Shown: positions 13,249-26,060, counted from the first letter of the whole stretch. The stretch: DNA of 63,496 bases, filler included, from Octopus bimaculoides (GCF_001194135.2; 7 parts of 6 records of this genome joined end to end with filler, not necessarily neighbours in it); one strand, 5' to 3'. Notes: generated from the letters alone by a model not told the origin. Made by a program: numbers and translations.

Positions 13249-13682
13249 ACTTATTGTTCAGAAAAGTCGTGTTTACGTGGGATCACATTTTGGATTAGAT
13301 TTTGTTGAATTCTTCTCAAAACGTCAGATTATTATTCGTATTGTAAATCTAAGAAGTATTACCACGAAAAGCGAGAAATTTTATTTAATTTTCTTCGGCT
13401 TGTTTCAGCAAAAAAGATATTTGTTTTGTTTATTTTTTAATAGTATTTATTTGTATTCCGGTCGTTAAAAGAAGTGTTTGGCGCACTGTTAGTAATACCT
13501 GTATATACAAATCTTATCCAACCAAATGAACTTAGACAAAATAGTAGCACATGTATAAAAAAAAGGGGAAAAGACAAGGAAATCTGTGGTATTGAGCAGA
13601 ATATTTACTGTAGCTCATCTTTTACGCCAAGACAAAATATGTACGTAATAACACTTCCAATCACTGATTCTTATTCTTATTA

Positions 13683-14155
13683 TAAGGCGGCGAGCTTTCA
13701 GGATCGTTGGCACGCTGGGCGAAGTGCTTAGCGGTATTTCGTCCGACTTCATGTTCTACGTTCAAATTCCGCCGAGGTTCACTTTGCCGTTCATCATATC
13801 GGAGTCGATAAAATAAGTAGCAGTTGAGTACTGTGGTCGATATAATCGACTATACACCTCCCACAAATTTCAGGCCTTGTGCCAATAGTAAAAAGGATTA
13901 TAAAGTGGCGAGCTGGCAGAATCGTTAGCACGCCGGGCAAAATGCTTAGCAGAATTTTGTCTGCCGCTACGTTCTGAGTTCAAATTCTTCCGAGGTCAAC
14001 TGTGCCTTTCATTCTTTCCGGGTCGATAAATTAAGTATCAGTGAAACACTGGGAGTCAATGTGAACGACTATCCCCCTCCCGTCATATTGCAGGCCTTAT
14101 GCCTATAGTAGAAAGGATTATTATTATTATTATTATTATTATTATCATTATTATT
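13683..14155 (+). mobile_element. Second head-to-tail pair of SINE family A copies
   Basis: aaggcggcgagct... from 13683, then aaaggattataaagtggcgagctggcagaatcg (~13902); A-box-like TGGCAGAATCG and B-box-like GAGTTCAAATTC. Confidence 0.85.
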
Positions 14156-14725
14156 ATTAAGCTTTTCTGTCAACTTATATTTTCATGCTTTGATGAAGAA
14201 TTTAAGAGAGCCTTAAACAGCTGGGTGCATATTATATTAGCTACAATACAAATCTTTAATGCAGTAAAAGCAAGAAACATTTTATTCAGCTGTCGGCTGT
14301 GGTTTTCGAGTTTCAATCATATTAGTTAAAGATCTAGATCTATATGGTATATGGAAACTATATGGTATATGGAAACTTTAGATTTGACAGTATTCTCCCA
14401 CAGGCATTCTGTTTCATGTTGTTTGGTTGAAAGTTATTTCTATGTAACATGGAATAACATCTCAACAAGATCGAGAGGCTTCGTGTCTGATTCTTGATTA
14501 CTAAATATTTATGCATTTGTTTATTTTTGATATCCTACATTTTATGAACATTTGTTTCGTTGTTTATAGTTTTCCAACGGGTCAATCACTGGTTTATTAC
14601 ATTTCCAATAGTGAAACTAACAAGAAAATGATCCTGTTATACAAATATAAGATATTTTTGTTCGATGCACAGGTTTATCATCAACTTCTCATTGGGATAT
14701 CTATCGTTCACCAACACACACACAC

Positions 14726-14764
<39 letters not shown>

Positions 14765-15234
14765 CACACACACGCACACGCACGTACGCACAAAAGCACA
14801 CATACTCTTATGTGTGNNNNNNNNNNNNNNNNNNNNNNNNNNNNNNNNNNNNNNNNNNNNTTAATTAATTAANNNNNNNNNNNNNNNNNNNNNNNNNNNN
14901 NNNNNNNNNNNNNNNNTATATATATATGAATCCGGTTATTCTCTTGTTTGTATTTGTAATCGTGTTACATTTTCTCCGTTTTCTCGTGTTCTTTTTTGGC
15001 TGTGCTGTCGTATACATTTGCTTGCTTTCTTCCATAACTTTAATGCTCTTAGTGTAATAGGCTGAAACTATAATGATAACTGGAAACTTGACTGATGAAT
15101 AGAAGGCCACAAATGATCCATCTTGGTTTTACCTGTCCATCTTTGTATCGTCTATCTGTCCGTATGTTTTTATTGTCATCCGTTACGATTTTATTTCGAT
15201 TTTTTTATTTATACATAATTATTCAGTAATTAGC

Positions 15235-15306
15235 GATTCCGCTGATGAGCTAGAGATTCGGAATTAGTTTATTTGGTAATTAATAGCGAAACTCGAATTC
15301 GGGATT
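15235..15306 (+). ncRNA. Hammerhead-like motif H4 (canonical core, aberrant stems I/III)
   Basis: CTGATGA 15242-15248; stem II GCTA/TAGC; GAAA 15288-15291; CTCG-AATT-CGGG hairpin, but followed by A rather than U16.1. Confidence 0.4.
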
Positions 15307-15450
15307 AACTAATTCATTTTTTTTGTTCGTTCTAACGGCGTGCCTCATGAATTCTCTTTTTAGTGGTTTTGGGTTTTAACTGGCCTTTTTAGCATGTAAG
15401 GAGTCCTGTCAATGGTTTCCTCTTTGTGTATAAAAATATTTTATACATTG

Positions 15451-15498
<48 letters not shown>

Positions 15499-15875
15499 TC
15501 GCAATCATACACAAACGCACATGTTTGCATAGTTGCATAGATATGTACATGTATATACATATCGTTATATGCATGCATGTATGTGTTTGTATATGCATAT
15601 AAATATGTGTATGTGTGTGTGTGCGTGTACGTATACTTTTTAAGAATACATAAAAACGGGGGCGTATAATAGATATAGGGATCATACCAGACCAGATAAC
15701 AAAAGTTCAAAATCGAGTGAAGGGAGACGGAGTCCAGACAAAAAAGAGTTTGCTACAAGTAATATACCAGTTGAACGAAGTAATAAATATGCATATACAG
15801 AAACTAAGGCACAGACACAAATCACACTCATAGAAACACATAAGTCAAATTACAATTTCTTTTATAACATTTAAC

Positions 15876-16069
15876 AAAGATCAGACAGTACACTGAAGCG
15901 CAAACCAATATAGAAATATATAGCTACAACATTCCATGTAACGACAGGCAGTCAGCAAATCACTAACAGGCATGTACATAAGCAGACGGATAAAATACAC
16001 ATAGAGAAATACACACTCGCAAGAAACATAGATACTTATTTCTGATCGTCAAGCAGTACGACACATTCT
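15876..16069 (+). repeat. ~194-bp segment duplicated at 27607-27798
   Basis: Direct comparison shows 1 substitution and one 2-nt indel. Confidence 0.95.
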
Positions 16070-16351
16070 GGTGGATGCATGAATGATTGCTGAAGATCTA
16101 AGATCTCGCTCACTGGTGACATTTAAGGTAGTAGCCCGAATGATTTCCATGTTTTGTAACCCATTGACCTAGATTCAATCTTCCATTATACAACAAATAT
16201 TCTACAACGATATGCAGACGTTTACAGGACAAATAAAATTCACAGTCAATCTGATATATATGGTGTTCAAAGAGCGGATGAATCGACCTATGAAAATCAT
16301 ATGCAGCTATCATGGGACAATAATGACTTGTTTAACAAAAAACAAATTATA

Positions 16352-16555
16352 CAGGGTGTCCATAAATTACCTTTACTATTTGAAAAATTTAGAAAAAATG
16401 AAAAATAAAACTCAGCAAAGTTTATTGAAAAACAAAGTTTTATTAGAAATATCAGAATACTGCTATGTGAACTTTACTGGTTGCATACAACATATCTAGA
16501 CGATAGAATACAATGAGTTGTGGAAGTTATAAAGATAATTTATGGACAATCAGTG
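16352..16555. mobile_element. Tc1/mariner-type MITE
   Basis: TIRs CAGGGTGTCCATAAATTACCTTTA and (rc) CACTGATTGTCCATAAATTATCTTTA; TA at 16350-51 and 16556-57. Confidence 0.8.
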
Positions 16556-17856
16556 TATAGATGCACTAAATCTTTGTACTATTTGATTTCATTCGAAATT
16601 AATTAAAAAAAATATATACTGGGCTATTACATAAAGTGTGGGTGTTTCCTAGAGTGCTGGAATGTTTTATTTACTACACTGTCGTGCAATACTAACCCTA
16701 ATTAGAGTGCTCTCAAAGTTGATTTAAGTATCCGCTCTTTTAGTCCCAAGAAAATAAATGTCACCACTGGACTGAAGAGATTTGATAGCGGAAGTTTTCA
16801 TCACTAATTTACACACAATTTTATTATGAACTAACATTTGGAATGGTTATTCCGATAACAAGTATTTAACTAGTAACACAAATGTATTATGATCAAATTA
16901 ACAGAGCATTATTTAGTGGAGTAATAAGCAGGATAATGTATTCATGTATTGATCCAACTTAAAACGGACCGCTGGAGAGCACTGTTGAAAGTATGTTTGG
17001 AAGAGAGCTATATGAAAGCCATGCAATCTCATTCCTACCTATTATAACATTTACAAAATTTACGCCACAAATTATTATCTAAACTATATGAAGTGGAAAG
17101 GATACATTATGTATATATAGAGAAGCATGATTCAAGTGAATACGGTATCTCACTTTAATCCTCCATGTTTGCAGGATCGTATCTTGCTGTTGATATTGCA
17201 TTCGTGACCCATGGGCTATGCGCTTAACTTAGCTTGTCGAAGACTTTCTACCTAATTAAGTAAACGTTTATTGTGATTATGCAAAGCACAAGCCACTAAC
17301 AGTTACTAAGAAGTTACTACAGAATCTGATGCTCATCTCAGTAGGAACATGGTTTGACATTTGTTAATTTCGGTTTTTCCCAAGAGAGCTATTGCTTTCC
17401 AGTGCCAATTGGCCATAGACGTTATTGTTGTTTTAGTTTAGCTGTATGATTAAGCGTCCAGTCAATAGAGTGTTTGAATATTCACTGCATAGTAATTACT
17501 CTGACGCTAATGATTCACTAGAAGTACTGATATCTATCTCAAGTTAATATTCTAATATTCTGCCACCAACAAAATGATGACAATTCATTGTAAAGTCTAA
17601 TAAGCAGAGTGACTATATACAGATTTGATGGCTCAGTTCATTTTAAAATTACCCAGTGCAGCTTGTTGTTTATGTACACTATAATCGGAAGTGTAAAGGC
17701 AGGTGCTTTAGTGGTATTTTAACTGCAAGGAAAGGTTGTATCCTTATTGCAATTAATATCTGGCTGGAAGAAAATTAGTCATCAGAAATTTATAGCATAC
17801 TTCTACATTTTGAATAAAGATATAAAACTATGTTGTGTACGTGTATATTTGTGTGT

Positions 17857-17912
<56 letters not shown>

Positions 17913-18378
17913 ATATATATATATATATATGCTTGTGTGTGCGTGTTTGTATGCGTGTATGCATTTGATAAAGTATGTATGTATATATATATATATAATT
18001 ATTAAAGTGGCAAGACGCAATTGAAAACCAAAAGATACAAATAAAATCGTCATAAAAGTGACTAAGGGTGCAATCATTTTATAATTTTCACTTTACCATT
18101 TTACTGAATTAGCCACTGGTTCCTATGGTATATTCTATAAACTGACAAGTCGATTTAGCTTACCCACCGGCAATGTAGTAGCGTCACCAATGAGGGTTAA
18201 TTCTATCCTTAATCAGCCGGCCGATATGACGCCCTCGCTTGCTGTGGGGAGGATGTCTTCCTTGTCAGTGAATAGAAAATGCTCTGTTGAACAGGAAATG
18301 CTCTGTTCGTGTCTTAGTGTGATTTTGACTCGTGTTTTAAGCAATGTTGGTGTTGATTTGCAGCCTTAGTCATTTTAA

Positions 18379-18417
<39 letters not shown>

Positions 18418-18424
18418 CATCATT

Positions 18425-18502
<78 letters not shown>

Positions 18503-19619
18503 GTTATTTTTATTGTTATATATATATTTTTATAATCAAAATAAGCAGCAGGATATCAAGAGGTGATGCAGTACTACCGTTTCAAGCGACTCCATTTAAT
18601 TGAACAAATGTAATCATTACATCAATTTAAATGCAGGGCGATCCTCAGCTGCATAAAGAAATAGAATTGTTAATCAGTTGGACACGTTAATATATTTTCA
18701 CTCAAATTCTCTAATAGAGCAAAAAGAAGGAAAGAGTCCATGTTGCTACTAATGTAGCTAAGAATATACTACACTTCTAAGAACTGTATGAAATTTGTTA
18801 CGGTCATAGCTTGTAAAGGATTGTGGTTCATTTTTAATTATTTGTCTTTTTTATCAACTGCCAGATTTAAGGCCAGAGGGCAGTGTCTGTTTAGAATGGA
18901 GGGCAGGGTCATAAATATCGTCAGGATTTTAAGATTTGTATAAGTAACTGTCTATAAAGAAGGCTGGGTAGGGGAAGACTCCAAATCAATATGTTAATTA
19001 CCAGTTAAAGGGGCAAGACGCTAATAAAACCTATGATGTTAATACAGAGGAAATTATCATGGGGTACTATGGATGATTGTATATAAGCAATATTGTTATG
19101 TTGTGTAAAGATAAAATTTAAGATTACTAAAAATGATATTATAATCAGAATAGATAAAATGTGTATATATACCAATTTTCAACATTAGAAAGGGAAGATT
19201 CCATAGAATTAGTTTAATATTCATTCCTGTACTTAATTATTTACTTATTTAGTGGTTTCTATAATGATTGCTCTGGATATTTACTTATGGAATACTGGGG
19301 CGATAAATCATGCTATCTTTGTATTAATTACAAGCTAAGAATCAGAAAAAAATCGGAAAAAATAAATTGTGCACAGATCCATACACAGTTAATTATGTCA
19401 CACATGCAAATATACACAAATATTTGTACTTTATTATGGGTATGTTATAATCAACTCTCATAGACGTAAGTAACTAGAAAGTTTATATCTCTCTTTAAGA
19501 ACATTAATAACCTATGAGAGATAAGAGGTTAATAGGTAAAGGTATCAAAATAAGAAAACAAAATAAGAAATTATTAGAGAATAGTAAGAAAAAATATATA
19601 ACTTATTATATATAATACT

Positions 19620-20830
19620 AGGGGGTAATTTCACCTCATATATGACACTAAGAATTAATTTCCCTTATCTAGGTTCATGTGTAGCATCTTTAAACGCTAA
19701 TTCCGAAAACATTTAAACGTACGGGTAACCCTATGTACGCATGATACCTTTAGGTTTAATCTATTATTAATCAGGTTGCTCTTGTCCCTATACCTAAAAA
19801 TTTCATAAGTTTCTATAGAGCACAGTTCGCACCCGTATCGACTATCTGTATAAGGCTATTCTTTCCTTATAATAATATCCCACTTAAGGCTAAATTCGAT
19901 TCCGCTTTCCTTCAGTTCCCAAATCTTGCTAGATAAAGACGTACAATTGGCCTTATGTTTGAGCCTAGAAGATGAAAAATGGTTATTAATACGTTTTTTT
20001 TTTTCATATTTATTGAACATCCTATATATACAAAGTTACCAGCTACAGTTGTGATTACATTTTGGATTAGACATCGGCCTAATACCGGACAGTGGGATTT
20101 AACTCTACAGTTGCAACTAGGAGAATTACTACTATTAATATTATTACTGCTACTACTATTGTATGTGTTATTTTCATATCTGGTATTATCTCTCCATCCT
20201 TCAATTGTAGTATTATTCACATTCATCCCAGCATTATAAGGCGTATCAGTAATCTCTGTGCTAGTATAGACATCAGAGCTACAGTCTATGTTGTATATAT
20301 TAGAAGCTGTTTCTATTTTCTACGACACCATTAACATTATTATTCACATTGTAGGGGTTCAAGTTATGTTGACAATAACATTATTATTATTACCACCTCT
20401 TGCTAATTTATTATTCTTTGTATTTAATCTTGCTATGATAGTACCCATATTGAGGAGAGTAGAATATGAGATTCTAACTGTCTTACGGGAAAAAATTCTG
20501 TTATATCTATGAGAAGCAGTGACGGTTTATTCTCAAATTGTCATAAATTACCTATATATGTTTATGGATATGGCACAGTTGAAAGGAACGTTATACCAGA
20601 TCAAGTCCTTATTTTCAGACTTACGGCGCATGTAAGGGCGGAATCTACCTGTTCTCTCAACGCCTCCCGATAAGGATAAAGTAAGGTATGTAAAAATATA
20701 GTGTCTAAGAATATAGTGTACAAAGATAGCTAACAAGATAAGAGAGGAGGAGGAGGTAAAGGAAGATAACGTAAAAAACAAAATAAAGCAAAATGAAAGG
20801 AATTTAAAGAGAATAGTAGGTGCCAGTGTT
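19620..20830 (-). mobile_element. Penelope-like element 3' region (GIY-YIG) preceded by pLTR-like repeat
   Basis: DLIWYNVPFN, RIFSRKTVRISYSTLLNMGTII, CNCRVKSHCPVLGRCLIQNV..VYIG, C.LCSIETY; 20671-20828 is repeated at 22533-22693. Confidence 0.85.
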
Positions 20831-22197
20831 ATTTCAGTTTATTTATTTAATTATTTAATTATTTATTTAATATTTAATGTATAATATATAAAAATATATA
20901 TTAGAGTGTGTGTAGATATAGTTAGAATATAGATAAATGTAGTATGAATTACCGTATGTGTGAGTTAGAATTTTATTATAGGTGGGTTTTTCATTGAAGA
21001 CGGGTTTCTCTTCTACGGATATTGAGATGTAAAATAACGTGATAGTACTGAGGGATATATATATTTTTTTTTGCTGAATTGATATAAGATTAAATTTTAT
21101 TTTAATTGTGTATATTGGTATATGCTAGAGTTTTTTAGAGTGAATTTATTAAGAACATTATCATCATTATTATTATTATTGTTATTATCATGTAAGTGTG
21201 TTTTTATTTTACTCTAGTTTGAATGTTATATTTTTTTTAAATTGTTTTCTNNNNNNNNNNNNNNNNNNNNNNNNNNNNNNNNNNNNNNNNNNNNNNNNNN
21301 NNNNNNNNNNNNNNNNNNNNNNNNNNNNNNNNNNNNNNNNNNNNNNNNNNNNNNNNNNNNNNNNNNNNNNNNNNNNNNNNNNNNNNNNNNNNNNNNNNNN
21401 NNNNNNNNNNNNNNNNNNNNNNNNNNNNNNNNNNNNNNNNNNNNNNNNNNNNNNNNNNNNNNNNNNNNNNNNNNNNNNNNNNNNNNNNNNNNNNNNNNNN
21501 NNNNNNNNNNNNNNNNNNNNNNNNNNNNNNNNNNNNNNNNNNNNNNNNNNNNNNNNNNNNNNNNNNNNNNNNNNNNNNNNNNNNNNNNNNNNNNNNNNNN
21601 NNNNNNNNNNNNNNNNNNNNNNNNNNNNNNNNNNNNNNNNNNNNNNNNNNNNNNNNNNNNNNNNNNNNNNNNNNNNNNNNNNNNNNNNNNNNNNNNNNNN
21701 NNNNNNNNNNNNNNNNNNNNNNNNNNNNNNNNNNNNNNNNNNNNNNNNNNNNNNNNNNNNNNNNNNNNNNNNNNNNNNNNNNNNNNNNNNNNNNNNNNNN
21801 NNNNNNNNNNNNNNNNNNNNNNNNNNNNNNNNNNNNNNNNNNNNNNNNNNNNNNNNNNNNNNNNNNNNNNNNNNNNNNNNNNNNNNNNNNNNNNNNNNNN
21901 NNNNNNNNNNNNNNNNNNNNNNNNNNNNNNNNNNNNNNNNNNNNNNNNNNNNNNNNNNNNNNNNNNNNNNNNNNNNNNNNNNNNNNNNNNNNNNNNNNNN
22001 NNNNNNNNNNNNNNNNNNNNNNNNNNNNNNNNNNNNNNNNNNNNNNNNNNNNNNNNNNNNNNNNNNNNNNNNNNNNNNNNNGTATCTCTTGATACCCTGT
22101 ATTATAATTTATATATATATATATATATATATATGCATACATATGCAAGTATATGTATAAATAAGTATATAAATATTTATATATATGTATATAATTG

Positions 22198-22313
22198 TTA
22201 AAGACGACAAAGACAAAAGGAAAATGAGAAGTGTATAGATTAATGAAATGACATAGAGGACAAGAGTAAAGGAATAAGGAGAAAAAGAAGCATAAAAGTT
22301 CACAGTTCAACTT
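22198..22313 (-). repeat. Inverted copy of 22737-22995 lacking 22861-22969
   Basis: Manual alignment: aagttgaactgtgaacttttatgcttct...tttgtct|ttgtcgtctttaacaattatata. Confidence 0.9.
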
Positions 22314-22532
22314 TTCGATCGTGTAGAAGTAAGTCCGTAAGTGCTTAGGTGCAATCCTGCGTAAATCCATGTAGGTTAAAGTCCTGATAGTGTAAATGTC
22401 CAGAAATAGACGCGAACATATCAAAGTTCAATAACAGTATGGTAGCGGAGGTAGCTATCAAGTGGTAAAAAGAAAGAAAAGTAAATAAATAGAGAGGTAG
22501 ATAGAGTGAGGGAGGAAGTTAAGACCTGGCGT

Positions 22533-22693
22533 TAAGGATAAAGTAAGGTATGTAAAAATATAGTGTCTAAGAATATAGTGTACAAAGATAGCTAACAAGA
22601 TAAGAGAGGAGGAGGAGGAGGTAAAAGAAGATAACGTAAAAAACAAAATAAAGCAAAATGAATGGAATTTAAAGAGAATAGTAGGTGCCAGTG
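22533..22693 (+). repeat. Direct repeat of 20671-20828 (pLTR-like)
   Basis: Near-identical purine-rich ~160-bp segment with different flanks on both sides. Confidence 0.9.
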
Positions 22694-22856
22694 GTATTCT
22701 TCTAGTCTATAAGGGTTAGGTAGGAAATCTAGTAGTAAGTTGAACTGTGAACTTTTATGCTTCTTGTTTCTTCTCTTTCTTCATCTCCTTATTCCTTTAC
22801 TCCTGTCCTCTATGTTGTTATTTCATTAATGTATACCTTTCTCATTTTCCCTATTT

Positions 22857-22912
22857 GTCTCCGATGACGGAATATCCCATACTCTGGGATATCCCAGAAA
22901 CAGCTGTAAGAC
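22857..22912 (+). ncRNA. Minimal type-I hammerhead H5 with CCGAUGA (U4C) core
   Basis: GTCT | CCGATGA | C GGA ATATCCCA-TACTC-TGGGATAT CCC A | GAAA | CAGCTG T A | AGAC: 4-bp stem I, long stem II, palindromic ACAGCTGT, GUA site; upstream of a Penelope RT on the same strand. Confidence 0.8.
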
Positions 22913-23099
22913 TGAATTTTTTTCCAATAATAGTAATGACTTGAGATGTTTGCCTTGCCTTAACGTTTGTTGTCCTCTTTAACAATTATATATCCGCTAT
23001 ATCGGAAATCTGCAATGGCTCCATAACTACTGTCTTGGCTATAATCTTGGAGCCCTAGTAATCAATTACAGCACTTACCTAGCGTACATAGTAGTTTAG

Positions 23100-23700
23100 A
23101 ACACCTGTGAACTAAGCCCCCATATTTTGTATAAATTGCCGCACAGAGCACTCAACATAGGTACTGCTCACTATGGACAAACAATTCCTCGGTATCTCAC
23201 TCAGGGATATACCCATTTCATCTGAGAAAACTTTTCTCCTACTATTACTTAGCAAAACAAATGATCTTATCCGAAGAATGAGATAGAAGACATTCTTTAC
23301 GATAATAAACACAAGCTGAATGAAAGCAATGATAATAATTATAGCCTTAGGTCATACAAAACCCTCCTCACAACCTCCACTGAGATATATTCGAAACTGA
23401 TCTCCTTAACATGATTAAGAATTTAAAATTTTCTAAATACAAATTTTCTTTCCAAAGGCAACTTTCCAATACAGTCAATAGGATTACCTCATCACCCAAG
23501 GCGCACGTCTTCTCCGACAAAACCTGGAGCTTATACTCTCTTACCATCGAGGAATATCTGAAGAACACCACACTTCAATCTTAAGGACCATAAGCCGGAC
23601 TTCTTAACCAAACCCTCTATTAGACTTCTATAGGTTATATACAACTCACTGTTAGTAACTAATCCTGATAAAGATGCGAATGAAATTCAAAATCTAAAAG
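23100..23700 (+). mobile_element. Penelope-like RT N-terminal relic
   Basis: LSKTNDLIRRMR*KTFF (cf. IKRMRWKAFF) and SDKTWSLYSLTIEEYLK (cf. ADKT.N.Y) motifs. Confidence 0.7.
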
Positions 23701-23770
23701 AATGGAACATGTAAAATGTAACCTACATATGTTTCTTAAGTGGCTGAAGAATACTATGCAAGAATTACGT

Positions 23771-23905
23771 AACGAACTCTCCTCTGCGTAGCTAGTCATC
23801 AGACTGAAATCACCCCAATGAAGTTTAGACTGCCATAAGGAATTCAAAAATACTTCATTCAGGTAATTTCAGCCGCATGACTAGCTACTCGGAGGAGAGT
23901 TCGTT
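23771..23905. repeat. 135-bp fold-back (29-bp arms, 27/29 complementary)
   Basis: aacgaactctcctctgcgtagctagtcat (23771-23799) pairs with 23877-23905; inner aatgaagt/acttcatt. Confidence 0.9.
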
Positions 23906-24442
23906 GTTGCGTTAAACTTCCATAATGAGCTTCAGCAAGATTAGAAACATATGCAGGCTACATGTTACCTGTTCCACTTCTTTAGATTTGGAATTATATA
24001 TACATATATATATTTCTGGAGAAAACGAAGATGAACATAACTTTATTTTCCAGTTATTACATGCGTTTCACAATTATGGCTGCTTGTAGCCTGTCATAGA
24101 AGTTCCAAATGTATATAAATGCTCAACTACAACGGATCACCAGGGAACACTATATTGCGGTCGTAGTTATCTGTAATTCGATGGAGTAAAATCTTACCTG
24201 AGAATCCATTTAGAGTTTCAATGACACGCTCCAAAGAATCATTATAGTGAAATGTTCGTAGGAACTTTCATATAAACCTGTGTTTATCCTTGTTTTTCTT
24301 ATATTTGGTCTGTAGCTCAGAACTGGTAATGCTGCTCAATATAGTAGTTAATCATCAACTATAAAGAAAGCAGACTCGATCTTGAAAATCTGCTTGGAGT
24401 TCTAAACTTAACAGTCGTATATCTACTTGAACACAAAATTTC

Positions 24443-24499
<57 letters not shown>

Positions 24500-25589
24500 C
24501 ATACATACACGCATACGTACGTATACTTCTATGTACATATATTCATACATATGTGTGTGGACGTATGGATGGGTGTATGTGCACACTCAAAGATATGTGT
24601 GTATGGGCGAATGTTATTGTGTTTGGCTGAGTATATGTTTTATATTTGTATTTGTGAATGTCTAAATTTAATGTTGGCCCAGGGACATAAATACACATAT
24701 GCATACACAGAGAATGGCAGGCCGGCAGGCAGAGATACAAAAATACATATACTGACTCACATGGGAGGCAAGCTAAAATGGAAGACAAACTCTTAAAAAT
24801 AATAACATCAACAATAATATATGATAACAGCAACATTAATTATATGAACACTATAGTACCATGTTATGCTACAGCTATCAACATCATAAAAAGCAGGCCT
24901 GATCATTACTTATACATAAAATATATAAATGAATAATAGAACATAGTAGTAATAGAATCATGTGACGATATTCTTCTGAGAATTTCAAAATGCTGCCATG
25001 CCTTATGGGACGAAACATAGTGTATAGTGGCCTACACGCAATATATGCACCCCCCACACATACGTGTATGTATGTGTCCGAGTGAGTGAGTAGGTGTGCA
25101 TGTTATATATGTATATATGCATGTGTGTGTATGTATATATATGTATATACACACATACATACTTACATACGTACATACATGCATGCACACATACATACAT
25201 ACAGACAGACTGACAGACAGAAAAAAGGCATACATATATCTAACTGTATGATTATATACTACTAAACAGTATATATTGGCAGACGCCATAAAGCCGACGG
25301 AACAGCTGACAGCGAATTGTGTTTCACCCTCGCTTATGCATATTCAATGTGTAGAAATGTATGAATGTCATAACTTTACATTCATTCCCCACCACTGAAA
25401 TCATATAGTTTTGTCAAGTGAAAGAATAAAGTCTTTCGCATTATATGCCGAATTCAAATCCTCTCTGGTCAGTTACACTTTTCGTAATATCAAGCAGGCG
25501 ATTTCAAATAAATGCATAAATCAATACTGTTGGTTGAAGTGCCACAAATAACAACATCACCGGTATCCCCCAAAACTTTAAAGTAGAAA

Positions 25590-25790
25590 ACGACCCTACA
25601 ACATTCAAATGATATTCCGACAAACCACCAACATCTGGATACCTCTCAGTCAACAATATTCTTTGCCTGAGTGGTCCAAGTTATCCAGAAACATGACTTA
25701 AGCAGCCTCCCTAGATGGCGCTGTTACGTTAATCATGACTTGGGCCGATAGTGACTGAAACCAATCTAAGTTAAGTCATCTAAGCCATCT
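25590..25790 (+). mobile_element. CR1-like LINE 3' end relic
   Basis: ..DIPDKPPTSGYLS.NN-like end followed by a ...gtgactgaaacc tail, resembling 59350-59570. Confidence 0.5.
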
Positions 25791-25992
25791 AAGTTATCAA
25801 TCAGTGAAACATCAATAACATTTCTGGTTAACGTTGACTGAATATCCCTCAACATTGACTAAATCCATCAAGTAACCTCATAACGTAACAATTGAGAAAA
25901 TTAAGGCAACCTAGATCAAGAAATCTACAAATCTTTGAAAAGAAAAGTCGCATCAAAATAACAACCATCTTATATAGAGTTCTATAGATTCA

Positions 25993-26060
<68 letters not shown>

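Noticed and set aside
14861-14872. TTAATTAATTAA islands inside gaps (also 27986, 52279, 54829, 57053, 61492)
   Set aside because: Each sits centrally in a uniform 100-nt gap with ~44 N either side and encodes stops in all six frames: an assembly spacer, not biology.
24197-24440. Apparent minus-strand exon ending FHYNDSLERVIETLNGFS with gtaag donor
   Set aside because: The frame is interrupted by TGA codons upstream and reads on through the donor; more likely a decayed retroelement.
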